Positions 31,341 to 41,087 of a stretch of DNA of 64,000 nt are shown piece after piece. The first letter of the stretch is position 1. Each line of letters starts with the position of its first letter. Source of the stretch: Candidatus Omnitrophota bacterium (GTDB lineage Bacteria; Omnitrophota; Gorgyraeia; S143-82); the NCBI GenBank assembly GCA_015494585.1, contig WGAY01000036.1, forward strand, positions 9,462 to 73,461, read 5' to 3'. The position numbers and the translations under genes are program-made. The notes under the pieces were generated by a model. That model saw only the letters and a program-made list of their open reading frames with translations, ran no database searches and was not told where the DNA came from.

Positions 31341-32564
31341 CTACAGTTGGGCAAAGACATTTCGCATAACAAGGCTGGCTGCACCCAATGCCACTGCATC
31401 CTCACCTAACCTAGAAGGCAATATCCTCACCGAAGATGCCATTTCGTGAAAGGCCCAATGGTCTATTGTTTCTTTTACCACATCTATTAGGTCGCTACCA
31501 AGCCTCTCTATACCGCCACCTATCACAAGGACCTGAGGATTCAACAGATTTATCAAAAATGCCGCCTTAAGACCGAGACACTTAGCCTTTTCTCTCACAA
31601 CACTCCTGGTCAAAGGGTCCAAACGTTTTACTGCTTCGACGATCATATCAAAATTTAATTTCGAAATATCCCCCTGTGTCATCTCCATAAGGACAGACAT
31701 ATCTTCCCGTTTCTGGCCAAGTCTCTTACGCAATTCAGAGATTATCCCCAGGTCAGAATCCGTCCTGGTTAGAAAACACATATCCCCATTTTCAGGGACA
31801 GCCTCCTCAGGATTGTATAGAGTAAGCTCACCAGCCCCTCCTGTAGAACCGCGATACAGATCCCCTCCAAGTATCATCCCACAACCTACCCCAGAGAACA
31901 TATAGACAAGATTATCGATAAAGGAATCCATATAAAACCAGTACTCCCCAAAGGCCGAAACTGTTGCGTCGTTTTCTACCAGAACTGGCAGGTTAAACTC
32001 CCTCTCTATATAATCTTTCAAGGGGACATAGATAGAGATATATTCATATTTGTCATCACTTATCTTTTCAGGCCACTTTATTGCCCCGCTCTGACGATCC
32101 ACAATACCACCTATCCCTATACCAATACCCTTTATCTTACCTCTGTCCCCTTTAAAATCCCCTATCACCTCTTTTATTATCTCCTTTATCGTCGGAACGA
32201 TATTCCTTATATCCATCTTCTCAGGGGTCTTTTTCACCTGTGACAATATCTGTCCATCTATGTTGGTAACAACACCAACTAAGTTATGTAAATTTACCCC
32301 TATTCCAACGACATAACTGGCATCTGGATTCAGGTCCAAAAGGACTGGTCTGCGCCCGCCTTGAGAAATATCTAGCTCTTTTTCTACGATAAAGTCATTT
32401 TCGAGGAAGTGATTTACATAATTTGTTACAGTAACTACATTTAGGCCCACCAGATTTGAAATCTCTGCCTTGGTAAGTGGCCCTCCTTTGCGCAATGCCT
32501 CAAGGATAGCAACATTACGACGAGCCCTCTCATTAAACCTCGTAACTTCTTTTAATGACTCCAT
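31341..32564 (-). CDS. ROK-family transcriptional regulator (NagC/XylR type)
   Basis: N-terminal wHTH, GGRRP, GIGIGIGG, VENDA, GxGCGM, GAGE. Confidence 0.93.
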   Translation of the reverse strand: MESLKEVTRFNERARRNVAILEALRKGGPLTKAEISNLVGLNVVTVTNYVNHFLENDFIVEKELDISQGGRRPVLLDLNPDASYVVGIGVNLHNLVGVVTNIDGQILSQVKKTPEKMDIRNIVPTIKEIIKEVIGDFKGDRGKIKGIGIGIGGIVDRQSGAIKWPEKISDDKYEYISIYVPLKDYIEREFNLPVLVENDATVSAFGEYWFYMDSFIDNLVYMFSGVGCGMILGGDLYRGSTGGAGELTLYNPEEAVPENGDMCFLTRTDSDLGIISELRKRLGQKREDMSVLMEMTQGDISKLNFDMIVEAVKRLDPLTRSVVREKAKCLGLKAAFLINLLNPQVLVIGGGIERLGSDLIDVVKETIDHWAFHEMASSVRILPSRLGEDAVALGAASLVMRNVFAQL

Positions 32565-32667
32565 ATCCTACCTCTTTCTAATTCCCCAAACATCCCCCAC
32601 TGTATATTTCACAATTTCATTGTTAACCTTAAATTAAAAATGCTTAAAAACTTTTAATCTTATTATA

Positions 32668-35142
32668 TTAAAATTTTCTCTCATACACAAGCCTAAAAAT
32701 ATGTCGGGTATCCAAAGAAGACATATACCAGTCACTATCCTCGTCATAATTTGCATATTCGCCATACAAAAACCTTACATAACTATCCTGACCAGACGAC
32801 CATTGTACCCCCAAAAAGAAATTATTATGGCCTTCGCAATCTAGCCTGTGCTCCTTATTATATACGTACAAATCATACAAACGCGTGTAGACATAGGAAA
32901 TCCACAACTCAAGTCCCTTAACAGGACGGAATATGATATCTGCACCTACATGATTAACGGTATCGTCTATACCTGTTGCAAATTTATTATTGTTTTTCGC
33001 AAAAGAGGTCCTTATCTCCAACCATTCAAATGGTGTGAAAAGAAGGTGTGCCCTAACAATACTGTAATAATCATAGGGAGGCAAACCAAAGATGCTTTGG
33101 TCATATAAAAACGGCACCATAGAATCCCACAACACACCGTCGTGAGAGACATCGGTAACATAGGTGTCATAGAACAGTAGGCGCGGAAAATTCATAGGGT
33201 CATTTGTATATTCAAGCGAGGCATCAAGGGTTGTCTGATATTGCTTGAATTCATACCTGGCCCCAATAGAGAAGTGCCCAATAGATGGGTCTTTATCTGC
33301 CTCTATCGCGCTGTTTTGTATATGCGAGGCATCTTCACTGTAATAATCGCTTAAGGCATAGACATTATCTGCATATATTAAAGGGTCTTTTCCAGACGTT
33401 GTATCGGGTAGGAATTTATACCACAGCAGTCCTTTTGTCTCTAAATTATCAAACAATTTCTTGTCTAACTCTAACCTGATAAGTGTCTCTATTGGCCTAC
33501 CTGCATCGCTGTGGACGTTTCTGATAAAGGCATCTGTAAAGACCCCCATAAGGTTCCCTCGATAATAGGCAAGAAAAGAAAACCTACCTCTATCCATTCC
33601 ATCTCCATAGGCCATATAATAATCTTCATCATTCAGGTCAGGTGTTTCAAAATAAAGGTGTTTTGTTCGTTCCGTCTCTACACGAGTATATCTATAGTTT
33701 GAAAGGCCGGGATAAAAGCTGTCATCCATATATAATGCTGATATACCTATATTAGTCACATTACCTGGATGTAAGGGCCTATTTTTCAGGGAAAAACCAT
33801 ATGCCCAACCATTGAAGCTGGTATTATAACCATTGGCTTCACTTACATCATGAAAACTCCTGGCTATCTCCATACTCAAAAGGAAAAGTTTCCAAGAGAA
33901 CATTCCATCTATACCAATAACATTATTTCTAGCCTCAATATTATCCTTTTCATCAAACCCAAATTTTCCTGTATACACCAATCCCAAATACGCATCCTTC
34001 GAAAAAAGTAATTTAGATCGAACAGCGGCATCTGCACTATTAAGATCACCTATATCATCCCAATATGTCATTGGAAAGGCCAAGGCCGATTCTAATTCTA
34101 TAAAATCACTGGAAAACGAAAACCTGGCCCCTCTCAAATACAGAAGACGCCTCCACTGACTATCTCTTGCATAGGCAGAGATATTTCTTACCCATTGCCC
34201 AGACTGGACAGGAGAACCACTCCTGGCAAATACCCTACTCGGTTGATAAGTGTCAATCCAGGGGCTCTCTTCCCAATCCCTCTTATTATTTGACAGACGC
34301 AATACATCGTCTGTCGTCAGGGCCTCTCTTTCATCTGACAAGGCAAAGGCTTTAAAGTATAGACCGGCATTATTATACTCCAGCCAGAGCTTGCGTATAA
34401 TATTCCATCTTTCATCTATCTTCTCACCTCCTATTGGCTCAAAATATGTCCACCAATCATAGAGCCCTTTTGGGGTATAAGAGGTCAATCTGCCATCGAC
34501 CACTTTTATCTCATCAAAGTTAAGGACATTACCTAGATTAGTGCGAAATATCTCATTCATCGTCCTACCCGTGGCAAAGATATATTTCAACTTCACATCC
34601 GCATAATCGCTACCAGTAGTCGAAACCACATGTGAGTGGACCAGCCCAAGATAAGACCATGGATCCACTACCAATTGAGAATAGAGATTAAGTATTGGAT
34701 TGACCTTATAATCTAAATTTATTCTAAGTCCAGAGTACACTTTAGGGTCATATGTGTTTTCCCTCTCCTCTCCCCATAGATACCGCCAAGATTTCTGATA
34801 GGGTATAGAGTTTTTATCTGGATTGGTGTCCTTCCAGAAGATATCTCCATGGCTATCAATTTCAAAGGCACTATAAATAGAACCTGAAACGTTTAGAGTG
34901 GGATAACTAGTTCTTTTTGCCCCCTGACTTGTATCCTCAAAATCGTTGTTCCTAGTAAAACGATCTATTTTGGCAGGACCTTTATACCGCAGCTCATATT
35001 TCTCAAGCAAGGCTGCCATCTTCGCAAGGCGCTGATTTTCCACATTATTCTCAAGGCAAAGTCCATCGCCAAGGATAAAAAAAGCAGCAGCCCATATACA
35101 AAAAGACAAACCAAAAACTCTAAAAGAAGCCCCCCCCACCAT
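32668..35142 (-). CDS. Putative outer-membrane beta-barrel protein of unassigned family
   Basis: Signal-like N-terminus from Met at 35142; many amphipathic aromatic-rich beta strands; C-terminal RLVYERKF (terminal Phe BAM-type signal). Confidence 0.65.
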   Translation of the reverse strand: MVGGASFRVFGLSFCIWAAAFFILGDGLCLENNVENQRLAKMAALLEKYELRYKGPAKIDRFTRNNDFEDTSQGAKRTSYPTLNVSGSIYSAFEIDSHGDIFWKDTNPDKNSIPYQKSWRYLWGEERENTYDPKVYSGLRINLDYKVNPILNLYSQLVVDPWSYLGLVHSHVVSTTGSDYADVKLKYIFATGRTMNEIFRTNLGNVLNFDEIKVVDGRLTSYTPKGLYDWWTYFEPIGGEKIDERWNIIRKLWLEYNNAGLYFKAFALSDEREALTTDDVLRLSNNKRDWEESPWIDTYQPSRVFARSGSPVQSGQWVRNISAYARDSQWRRLLYLRGARFSFSSDFIELESALAFPMTYWDDIGDLNSADAAVRSKLLFSKDAYLGLVYTGKFGFDEKDNIEARNNVIGIDGMFSWKLFLLSMEIARSFHDVSEANGYNTSFNGWAYGFSLKNRPLHPGNVTNIGISALYMDDSFYPGLSNYRYTRVETERTKHLYFETPDLNDEDYYMAYGDGMDRGRFSFLAYYRGNLMGVFTDAFIRNVHSDAGRPIETLIRLELDKKLFDNLETKGLLWYKFLPDTTSGKDPLIYADNVYALSDYYSEDASHIQNSAIEADKDPSIGHFSIGARYEFKQYQTTLDASLEYTNDPMNFPRLLFYDTYVTDVSHDGVLWDSMVPFLYDQSIFGLPPYDYYSIVRAHLLFTPFEWLEIRTSFAKNNNKFATGIDDTVNHVGADIIFRPVKGLELWISYVYTRLYDLYVYNKEHRLDCEGHNNFFLGVQWSSGQDSYVRFLYGEYANYDEDSDWYMSSLDTRHIFRLVYERKF

Positions 35143-35159
35143 ATCTTTCTTCTTAAATA

Positions 35160-36461
35160 TCAGTCCTTTATACTCCCCAGGGATATCTCTTTCTGGGCTA
35201 GAATCGAGGATGTCCACAACTGCTTGAGGACCTTGTAGGCCTTTTTGGGTCTTCTCACATTAAGCCCTGTATCAGGATCAATTTTTCTGGACAAGGCAAC
35301 TATTCCCCACCACTCTTCATTCATATTCATATTATTGTCACAGGCTATATCGTGATAGTATCCTCCACAAGACCAATCCCCCCGCTGATCATGCCTGTAC
35401 CAGGCCTTGGGGTCATAAGGGTCACTCTTCCACCACTCATCTGTCCACTCAAATACTATTCCTCCGACGACATTCCCTCTACCTGTACTGGCTGCTAGAT
35501 TCCGTTCTATTTCACGCCAGAGATCGGCTATGTACTCGGCCTGTATATCCTGATTTTCCTCCCTATGCAGGGAATCAAAAGAATCAGCACCAAATTCCAT
35601 AACAAAGAATGGCTTATCAGGGAAAAATCTTTTCATATCCCTCCAGATATGTCCAAAGCTCTTTCCGGTAAACAAGGTTACACCCACCAGGTCTATATTT
35701 TTACAGACCTTTCCAGCAACATCCAGTCCCCTTGGCCCACCATTCCCCAACGCAACGAGCCTCTTGCCATCTATCTTTTTTATTTCCTTTGCAATCTCAT
35801 CCACAAAACTGTAGTAAATCTCGGCCTGCCTTTCCCTGCGCTTAGCAGGATCCCGTATTTTAAGAAGGTCTTTGGTAATCCAGGCATTGATGTTCTCAGG
35901 CCCAAAGGAAAAGTTGTTTTCATTGCCCAGTACCCACATAATTATGCCAGGCTCATCCTTTAAGGCCCTAACCATCTCCAACACAGACTGTTTTACCTTT
36001 CTCCTAAACTTGGGATCCCCATAATTCGGGCTATTCCAGAAACCCAGCCAGTGTCCCATAATCGTATAGATCCCATATTTCTCATAGAGGATATGTATAA
36101 ACTCCTTTGTCTGCTGGATGTCTTTGCCTGGCTGGTAAAACCGCACGGCATTTGCTCCAAGTTCCTTTATCAAGGGGGCATCGAGCTTCAAGACCTCTTT
36201 ATGAGAAAAAATATCGTACTCCCAGTTCTTGCCAATGGGTACTGGTTGATAAACCACCCCCCGCAATATAAAGGGCTTTCCATATACATAGAGAACACAG
36301 CCTTTGGAGGTCTTTTTTATACTTGATATCTCTGTTTCTCTGGCCTCGCCGCAAGAAGTCTGAAATATTGAGAAAAGAAAGAGAAACAGGAAAATAAAAA
36401 GAGGGCCTTCTCGGCCCTCTTTTATAGACTTAACAAAAGTAATTATTGGATTATTCCTCAT
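35160..36461 (-). CDS. Clan GH-A TIM-barrel glycoside hydrolase (GH2-TIM/GH158-like), putative beta-glucanase
   Basis: GVVYQP, GANAVRFY, WVLGNEN (acid/base), MEFG (nucleophile), FEWTDEWWK, EEWWG. Confidence 0.8.
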   Translation of the reverse strand: MRNNPIITFVKSIKEGREGPLFIFLFLFLFSIFQTSCGEARETEISSIKKTSKGCVLYVYGKPFILRGVVYQPVPIGKNWEYDIFSHKEVLKLDAPLIKELGANAVRFYQPGKDIQQTKEFIHILYEKYGIYTIMGHWLGFWNSPNYGDPKFRRKVKQSVLEMVRALKDEPGIIMWVLGNENNFSFGPENINAWITKDLLKIRDPAKRRERQAEIYYSFVDEIAKEIKKIDGKRLVALGNGGPRGLDVAGKVCKNIDLVGVTLFTGKSFGHIWRDMKRFFPDKPFFVMEFGADSFDSLHREENQDIQAEYIADLWREIERNLAASTGRGNVVGGIVFEWTDEWWKSDPYDPKAWYRHDQRGDWSCGGYYHDIACDNNMNMNEEWWGIVALSRKIDPDTGLNVRRPKKAYKVLKQLWTSSILAQKEISLGSIKD

Positions 36462-37611
36462 ACACTATATCATCCAGATAAAAGGTACAACCCTCGGGAT
36501 TGACATCCGCGTTAGTAACCCAGCAAAAACCACCGATTATGTAGGACATATCCTTACCCGAGAGATCAATTGTATACTTTTTCCATTCCTTACTCAATAC
36601 TATTGGCCCTATCTCTGCTGAATCAGAATCAGAGTAGTTATTCTGTATACCACCGACCTTAAATGCCTCTATTCGCTCTCCTCCTTTGGCTCCACGGGCC
36701 CAGAAAGTGAGCTTCCTGGCCTTGCTAAGGTCATAACCCTTATCCAATTGCCCCCAATTATTTGCAGGCTCAAGCCAATATACACCGGCCCATCTGGCCC
36801 CTCTTGATGCCTTTGCGGTATAGACGAATTTTATACAGGTATCTCCACTATGGGGATCCTCCTCAGAAGCATCGTTCATCTTTATATCAGAATAGTCGCC
36901 CATAAATCCAGAAGGCACAAAGTGATTCTCTACTGAACGTTTGTCAATATAGACAGCGAAGGGCATTGGTTCAGGACCCTTTGTCTCAGCCTTTAGATTG
37001 GGGTCATATTCAAATTTTATATCGTCTAGATAGAATGTGCATCCATCCGGATTCTGGCCAGCCTGAAGTGTAAAGGCAAAACCGCCACTTATGTAAGATA
37101 GATCTGCTCCAACCAGATTGATTTCGTATTTCTTCCACTCATCTGTAAGCTGGATAGGCCCGATCTTCACATCCGCTGTATCTTCATAAACCTTTCCGTT
37201 TATACCACCCACCTTAAATTCTGCTATTATCTCGTCTCCATACTCACCCTTCGCCCAGAAGGTAAGTTTATTCATAGAAGATAGATCAAAACCGCCCTGC
37301 TTTGTCCCCCAGTTGTTGGGAGGATTCTGCCAATATACACCTGCCCAACCCTGTCCTTGAGACTTATCCGCAGTGTAGACTACCTGTATGCAGGTCTTAC
37401 CAGAATGTACATCCTCGGAATAGGCCTCATTTAAACGTATATCGCCGTAGTCTCCCATATACCCAGAAGGCACATAATGATTCTCAGGAGATCCCTTATC
37501 CGTATATATAACAAAGGTATCTCCTTTTGGAATCTTAATCCCTTCTGCCTGCGCCGCATATCCCAGTATTGCCCCTGTAACAAACAACACTGCCAGCAAC
37601 ATTCTACGCAT
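36451..37611 (-). CDS. Secreted protein made of two tandem carbohydrate-binding-module-like (beta-sandwich) repeats
   Basis: Signal peptide; internal duplication YTDKGSPENHYVPSGYMGDY / YIDKRSVENHFVPSGFMGDY ... WAGVYW ... LTFWAxG ... FYLDDI; no catalytic domain seen. Confidence 0.8.
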   Translation of the reverse strand: MRRMLLAVLFVTGAILGYAAQAEGIKIPKGDTFVIYTDKGSPENHYVPSGYMGDYGDIRLNEAYSEDVHSGKTCIQVVYTADKSQGQGWAGVYWQNPPNNWGTKQGGFDLSSMNKLTFWAKGEYGDEIIAEFKVGGINGKVYEDTADVKIGPIQLTDEWKKYEINLVGADLSYISGGFAFTLQAGQNPDGCTFYLDDIKFEYDPNLKAETKGPEPMPFAVYIDKRSVENHFVPSGFMGDYSDIKMNDASEEDPHSGDTCIKFVYTAKASRGARWAGVYWLEPANNWGQLDKGYDLSKARKLTFWARGAKGGERIEAFKVGGIQNNYSDSDSAEIGPIVLSKEWKKYTIDLSGKDMSYIIGGFCWVTNADVNPEGCTFYLDDIVYEE

Positions 37612-37660
37612 ACCTTACCTCCTCTTTAATGGTTTCCCCAAACCTTTCATTGATTCTTAT

Positions 37661-37689
37661 ATTTTAATATAGACCTCACAATTAGTCAA
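37661..37689 (-). promoter_or_regulatory. Internal sigma70 promoter candidate before the tandem-CBM gene
   Basis: TTGACT-17 nt-TAAAAT; strong GGAGG RBS downstream. Confidence 0.55.
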
Positions 37690-37713
37690 AAACAAAATAA
37701 AAATTTTAAAAAA

Positions 37714-39627
37714 CTATTCCCTCCAGGCCTTACGAAGATAATAGAATACCTGACGAGGAGAACGTTTAAACGGGGAATCCTTTCCATCGCCCTGGCCAAA
37801 CCATCCCAGCCATTCTTCATACATATAGCCGTCTATAAATGGACCTGGCCATCTGGACTCTGTGTTATGCACGAATGGCTCATAGCCCTTCCACCATTCA
37901 TCTAGATATTCAAAAGCAAACCCCCCGATGGAATTTCCCACGCCGTCATACTCGGCAGAATTGAACAAGATATCCTCCCAGCACCCCAGGTAATAAAGCG
38001 CCTGGGCCCTTTCTATTTCCTCCCTAGACATTGCCTTTGCATAGGCAGGGCAACCATACTCGGTTATCATTAAGGCCTTTCCAGGGGCCAGTCTGTGGCC
38101 TAGTTCCCAGACATCACCAAAACCTGAATTCCCCCTGTAGGCATTCAGCCCATATATGTCCACATCAGGACAGTACTTAGCAAACTTATCGAAATAGAGC
38201 ATATCTCCATTGCATATGGCCACTGGCCTGGTAGGATCCATCTCTTTGATTATTTTTGCAACCTTATTGACAAATCTATAATAGGCCTCTGGATTTTTCT
38301 TTGCATTGTTGGCAACTCCATAATTATTCTCGTTACCCAAGAGCCAGAACAGGACATAAGGTTCATCCTTAAATTCATTAACCATCTTCTTGACGCTCTC
38401 TATCATATTCTTCTGGTGCACAGGATTAGAATAATCAGTGCCCTCATCCCAGCTTGCCCCGCTACCAATGGTATACATCCCCAGAAAGTCTCCCATGACC
38501 ACGCGAATGCCAAACCTCCTGTACAAATCTCTCAACAATTTCTTGTTCACCTCATCTGGATGGTGATATATGCGCAAGGTATTTACACCCATTGCCCTTA
38601 AAATAGAAAAATCCCCAACCGCATACTCGTCTGAATCCTGTCTATTGTTCTTATTCCAGTCTATCCAGGCATCGTAAGGGCCATCAGGCAAACCATTCCC
38701 GTTATAGTCATAGTACATCCAATTCTTCATTGTCCCGTTATCCGGGCTTTGGCCTATCTTGGTAGGGGAGTAAGTTACTCCCTTAATGATATAAGGGTGT
38801 CCGTCGACCTGTAACTGCCAATGACCATTGTCATATCTAACCAACTTAGTGCGTTTACCCCCTTTGATCTCTACTATCTTATGTGCCCTTAGATTTATCT
38901 TTTTAGGGAAGACATCTTTTTCTGAGGCAATTTCAATAATCTGTCCAGGATTTACTACGGCCTTATCGTTCAATATGTTGTTATCCTGACCATTCTTGAT
39001 AAAGATACTGGCCCCTACTAATTTCATTTTTAGCTCTGGATAACGTCTTAATAAAAATTTTATCCTGTACAACGAAGTAGGGCCAATATACCAAGGGGTA
39101 TGCCAATAGGTCCAGCCATAGACACCAGGATAATGGATAACTATAGCATAATAGGCCTTTATTGCGTGAGACAGAAGACCCGCTCGTTCTAATATCTGGG
39201 CTATATAAAACTGCTTAACCCCCGGAGGCTCTGGTGCAGAACACCAAACAAAAAAACTTGCCAATGGATCCTGGCCATAGAGAAAATTCCAGTGGTTGCC
39301 TCTTAAGTAACCTTGCTTTCTATATTCTTGATATTTAGGGTCCCATCTAAAACTGGTAGTGTTTGGATATATCCCCTCCCCAACTGCCTTAGAAAGGCCT
39401 TCCTGATCCTTTATTATATATTTATAATTCTCTGTTCCTATTCCCTTAAACTCTCCATATTTTTTGTAATCGACAATACGCTCTAAGCCATAATCGTATA
39501 GACCGAATTTCGGCAACGGCAACTTTTCCACATAAGGCAAAAAATTCTGTGTGCCCTTGCAACCAACAAAACTAACACCTATCAAAAAGGTTGTAATCAA
39601 ACCCAATATTATAAAAACCTTATTCAC
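37714..39627 (-). CDS. Lipoprotein clan GH-A glycoside hydrolase with N-terminal TPR-like domain
   Basis: Lipobox FVGC; GVTYSP, GVNTLRIY, WLLGNENNYG, TEYG, FEYLDEWWK, EEWLG; DxNxNG Ca-binding-like loops. Confidence 0.8.
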   Translation of the reverse strand: MNKVFIILGLITTFLIGVSFVGCKGTQNFLPYVEKLPLPKFGLYDYGLERIVDYKKYGEFKGIGTENYKYIIKDQEGLSKAVGEGIYPNTTSFRWDPKYQEYRKQGYLRGNHWNFLYGQDPLASFFVWCSAPEPPGVKQFYIAQILERAGLLSHAIKAYYAIVIHYPGVYGWTYWHTPWYIGPTSLYRIKFLLRRYPELKMKLVGASIFIKNGQDNNILNDKAVVNPGQIIEIASEKDVFPKKINLRAHKIVEIKGGKRTKLVRYDNGHWQLQVDGHPYIIKGVTYSPTKIGQSPDNGTMKNWMYYDYNGNGLPDGPYDAWIDWNKNNRQDSDEYAVGDFSILRAMGVNTLRIYHHPDEVNKKLLRDLYRRFGIRVVMGDFLGMYTIGSGASWDEGTDYSNPVHQKNMIESVKKMVNEFKDEPYVLFWLLGNENNYGVANNAKKNPEAYYRFVNKVAKIIKEMDPTRPVAICNGDMLYFDKFAKYCPDVDIYGLNAYRGNSGFGDVWELGHRLAPGKALMITEYGCPAYAKAMSREEIERAQALYYLGCWEDILFNSAEYDGVGNSIGGFAFEYLDEWWKGYEPFVHNTESRWPGPFIDGYMYEEWLGWFGQGDGKDSPFKRSPRQVFYYLRKAWRE

Positions 39628-40213
39628 AATCAGCCTCTTTCAATTTGCGTATCTTTGCCTCTGACTCATCTCTTACCTTCCAGTACCATCCACGCGGATC
39701 CCAGTTCTGCGCAAGAGGAAATTCCTTTATTGCCCTACGAAAATAATCCACGGCCTCTTTGCACCTGCCCTGTTTTTCATAGGCCTCTCCTATCACATAA
39801 TAGGCCGTTCCAACTGCATTTAACTCCTTATACTTGTCCTCCTCTCCGGTCCTAGGGAACTGACCATTTAAGGACTCTTGTTGTTGCCTTGCTATCTCAT
39901 TAAATCTGTCTATCAACCTCTGGGCAATCTTGATAGCATCAGCAAAGGCCCCTTTACCAAGCGCAGACCAGGCTTTAGTCAGCAATTGATCCGCCTCAAG
40001 ATTTTGTAGTTCTTCCTCGCTGATCTCAAAATGCACCTCTCTACTCTCTCCATCCCCTGTGATAAGTTTTGATTTATCGAATTGAGGAGCACCTTTAGCC
40101 GCAGGAAGAAGCCTTGGTCTGGAAAAGAGTTCTCTCTCAAAATCCTTTCTACAACCAATAAAAGACAACGGCACTAAAATACAGACAACCCACAAAACTA
40201 ATCTGAAAAACAC
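39620..40213 (-). CDS. TPR lipoprotein
   Basis: Lipobox FIGC; AYYVIGEAYEKQGRCKEAVDYFRRAI TPR; WDPRGWYWKV tail. Confidence 0.75.
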   Translation of the reverse strand: MFFRLVLWVVCILVPLSFIGCRKDFERELFSRPRLLPAAKGAPQFDKSKLITGDGESREVHFEISEEELQNLEADQLLTKAWSALGKGAFADAIKIAQRLIDRFNEIARQQQESLNGQFPRTGEEDKYKELNAVGTAYYVIGEAYEKQGRCKEAVDYFRRAIKEFPLAQNWDPRGWYWKVRDESEAKIRKLKEADCE

Positions 40214-40228
40214 CTAACACTCCCCTTC

Positions 40229-41083
40229 TTACTGTCCCGTGAGGGCACCAGCAGTTATACCCTTTATTATATGCCTCTGCATCAATAGGTAAACGATTAT
40301 AACCGGAACAACGGTTATGGTCATACCCGCCATCAAGAGGGGATAATCCACGAGATGGACCCCCTGAAAGACCATTAATCCTCTTGGCAGAGGCATCTTC
40401 GCCTTATCCTGTAATATCAACATTGCGAGCAAGTATTCATTCCATACCATAAGAGTATTAAATATAATCACTACGGCCAGGGCAGGCCTTGCTAAGGGTA
40501 GAGCTACGTGAAGCCATATCCCCAGCCTGGAACAGCCATCTATACGCGCTGCATCTTCTAGATCCCGTGGTAGCTTATCAAAAAATGTCTTTAGCAAAAA
40601 TATCGCAAACGGCAACCCCATATTTATCTGGGGCAAGATATAACCAATCCTTGTATTCACCAGGCCCAGCATCTTGAGCAACACAAATAGAGCAATAAAT
40701 GCACCAGGGATCGGAATCATCATACTCGCTATCAAGAGGATGTAAAAGAAATTCTTAAAGGGAAATTCTAGCCTGGAAAAGGCATAGGCCGCCAGAGAAG
40801 AGAAAAGGACAATAGCAGTTACCACAACCACTGTATAAAAAAGGCTATTTAAAAAGTATTGTCCAAAACCGCCCTTGGTCCATGCGTAATAGAAATTCTC
40901 CCAGTGTTGCTGGGCAGGCCATAGACTCATATCCTTAAATACCGAAATCTTTGTCTTCAGGGCAGAGACAAACATCCACCAAAGAGGGAATAAACAAGAC
41001 AACGCCACTGCAGTAAGTACTAGATAAGATAGACTCAATTTGACAAATCTCTGCAGTCTATAAAATAGGGATTCGGACATCAT
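40229..41083 (-). CDS. Carbohydrate ABC transporter permease (MalG-like)
   Basis: AAYAFSRL.F, LEDAARIDG EAA motif. Confidence 0.95.
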   Translation of the reverse strand: MMSESLFYRLQRFVKLSLSYLVLTAVALSCLFPLWWMFVSALKTKISVFKDMSLWPAQQHWENFYYAWTKGGFGQYFLNSLFYTVVVVTAIVLFSSLAAYAFSRLEFPFKNFFYILLIASMMIPIPGAFIALFVLLKMLGLVNTRIGYILPQINMGLPFAIFLLKTFFDKLPRDLEDAARIDGCSRLGIWLHVALPLARPALAVVIIFNTLMVWNEYLLAMLILQDKAKMPLPRGLMVFQGVHLVDYPLLMAGMTITVVPVIIVYLLMQRHIIKGITAGALTGQ

Positions 41084-41087
41084 ATTT

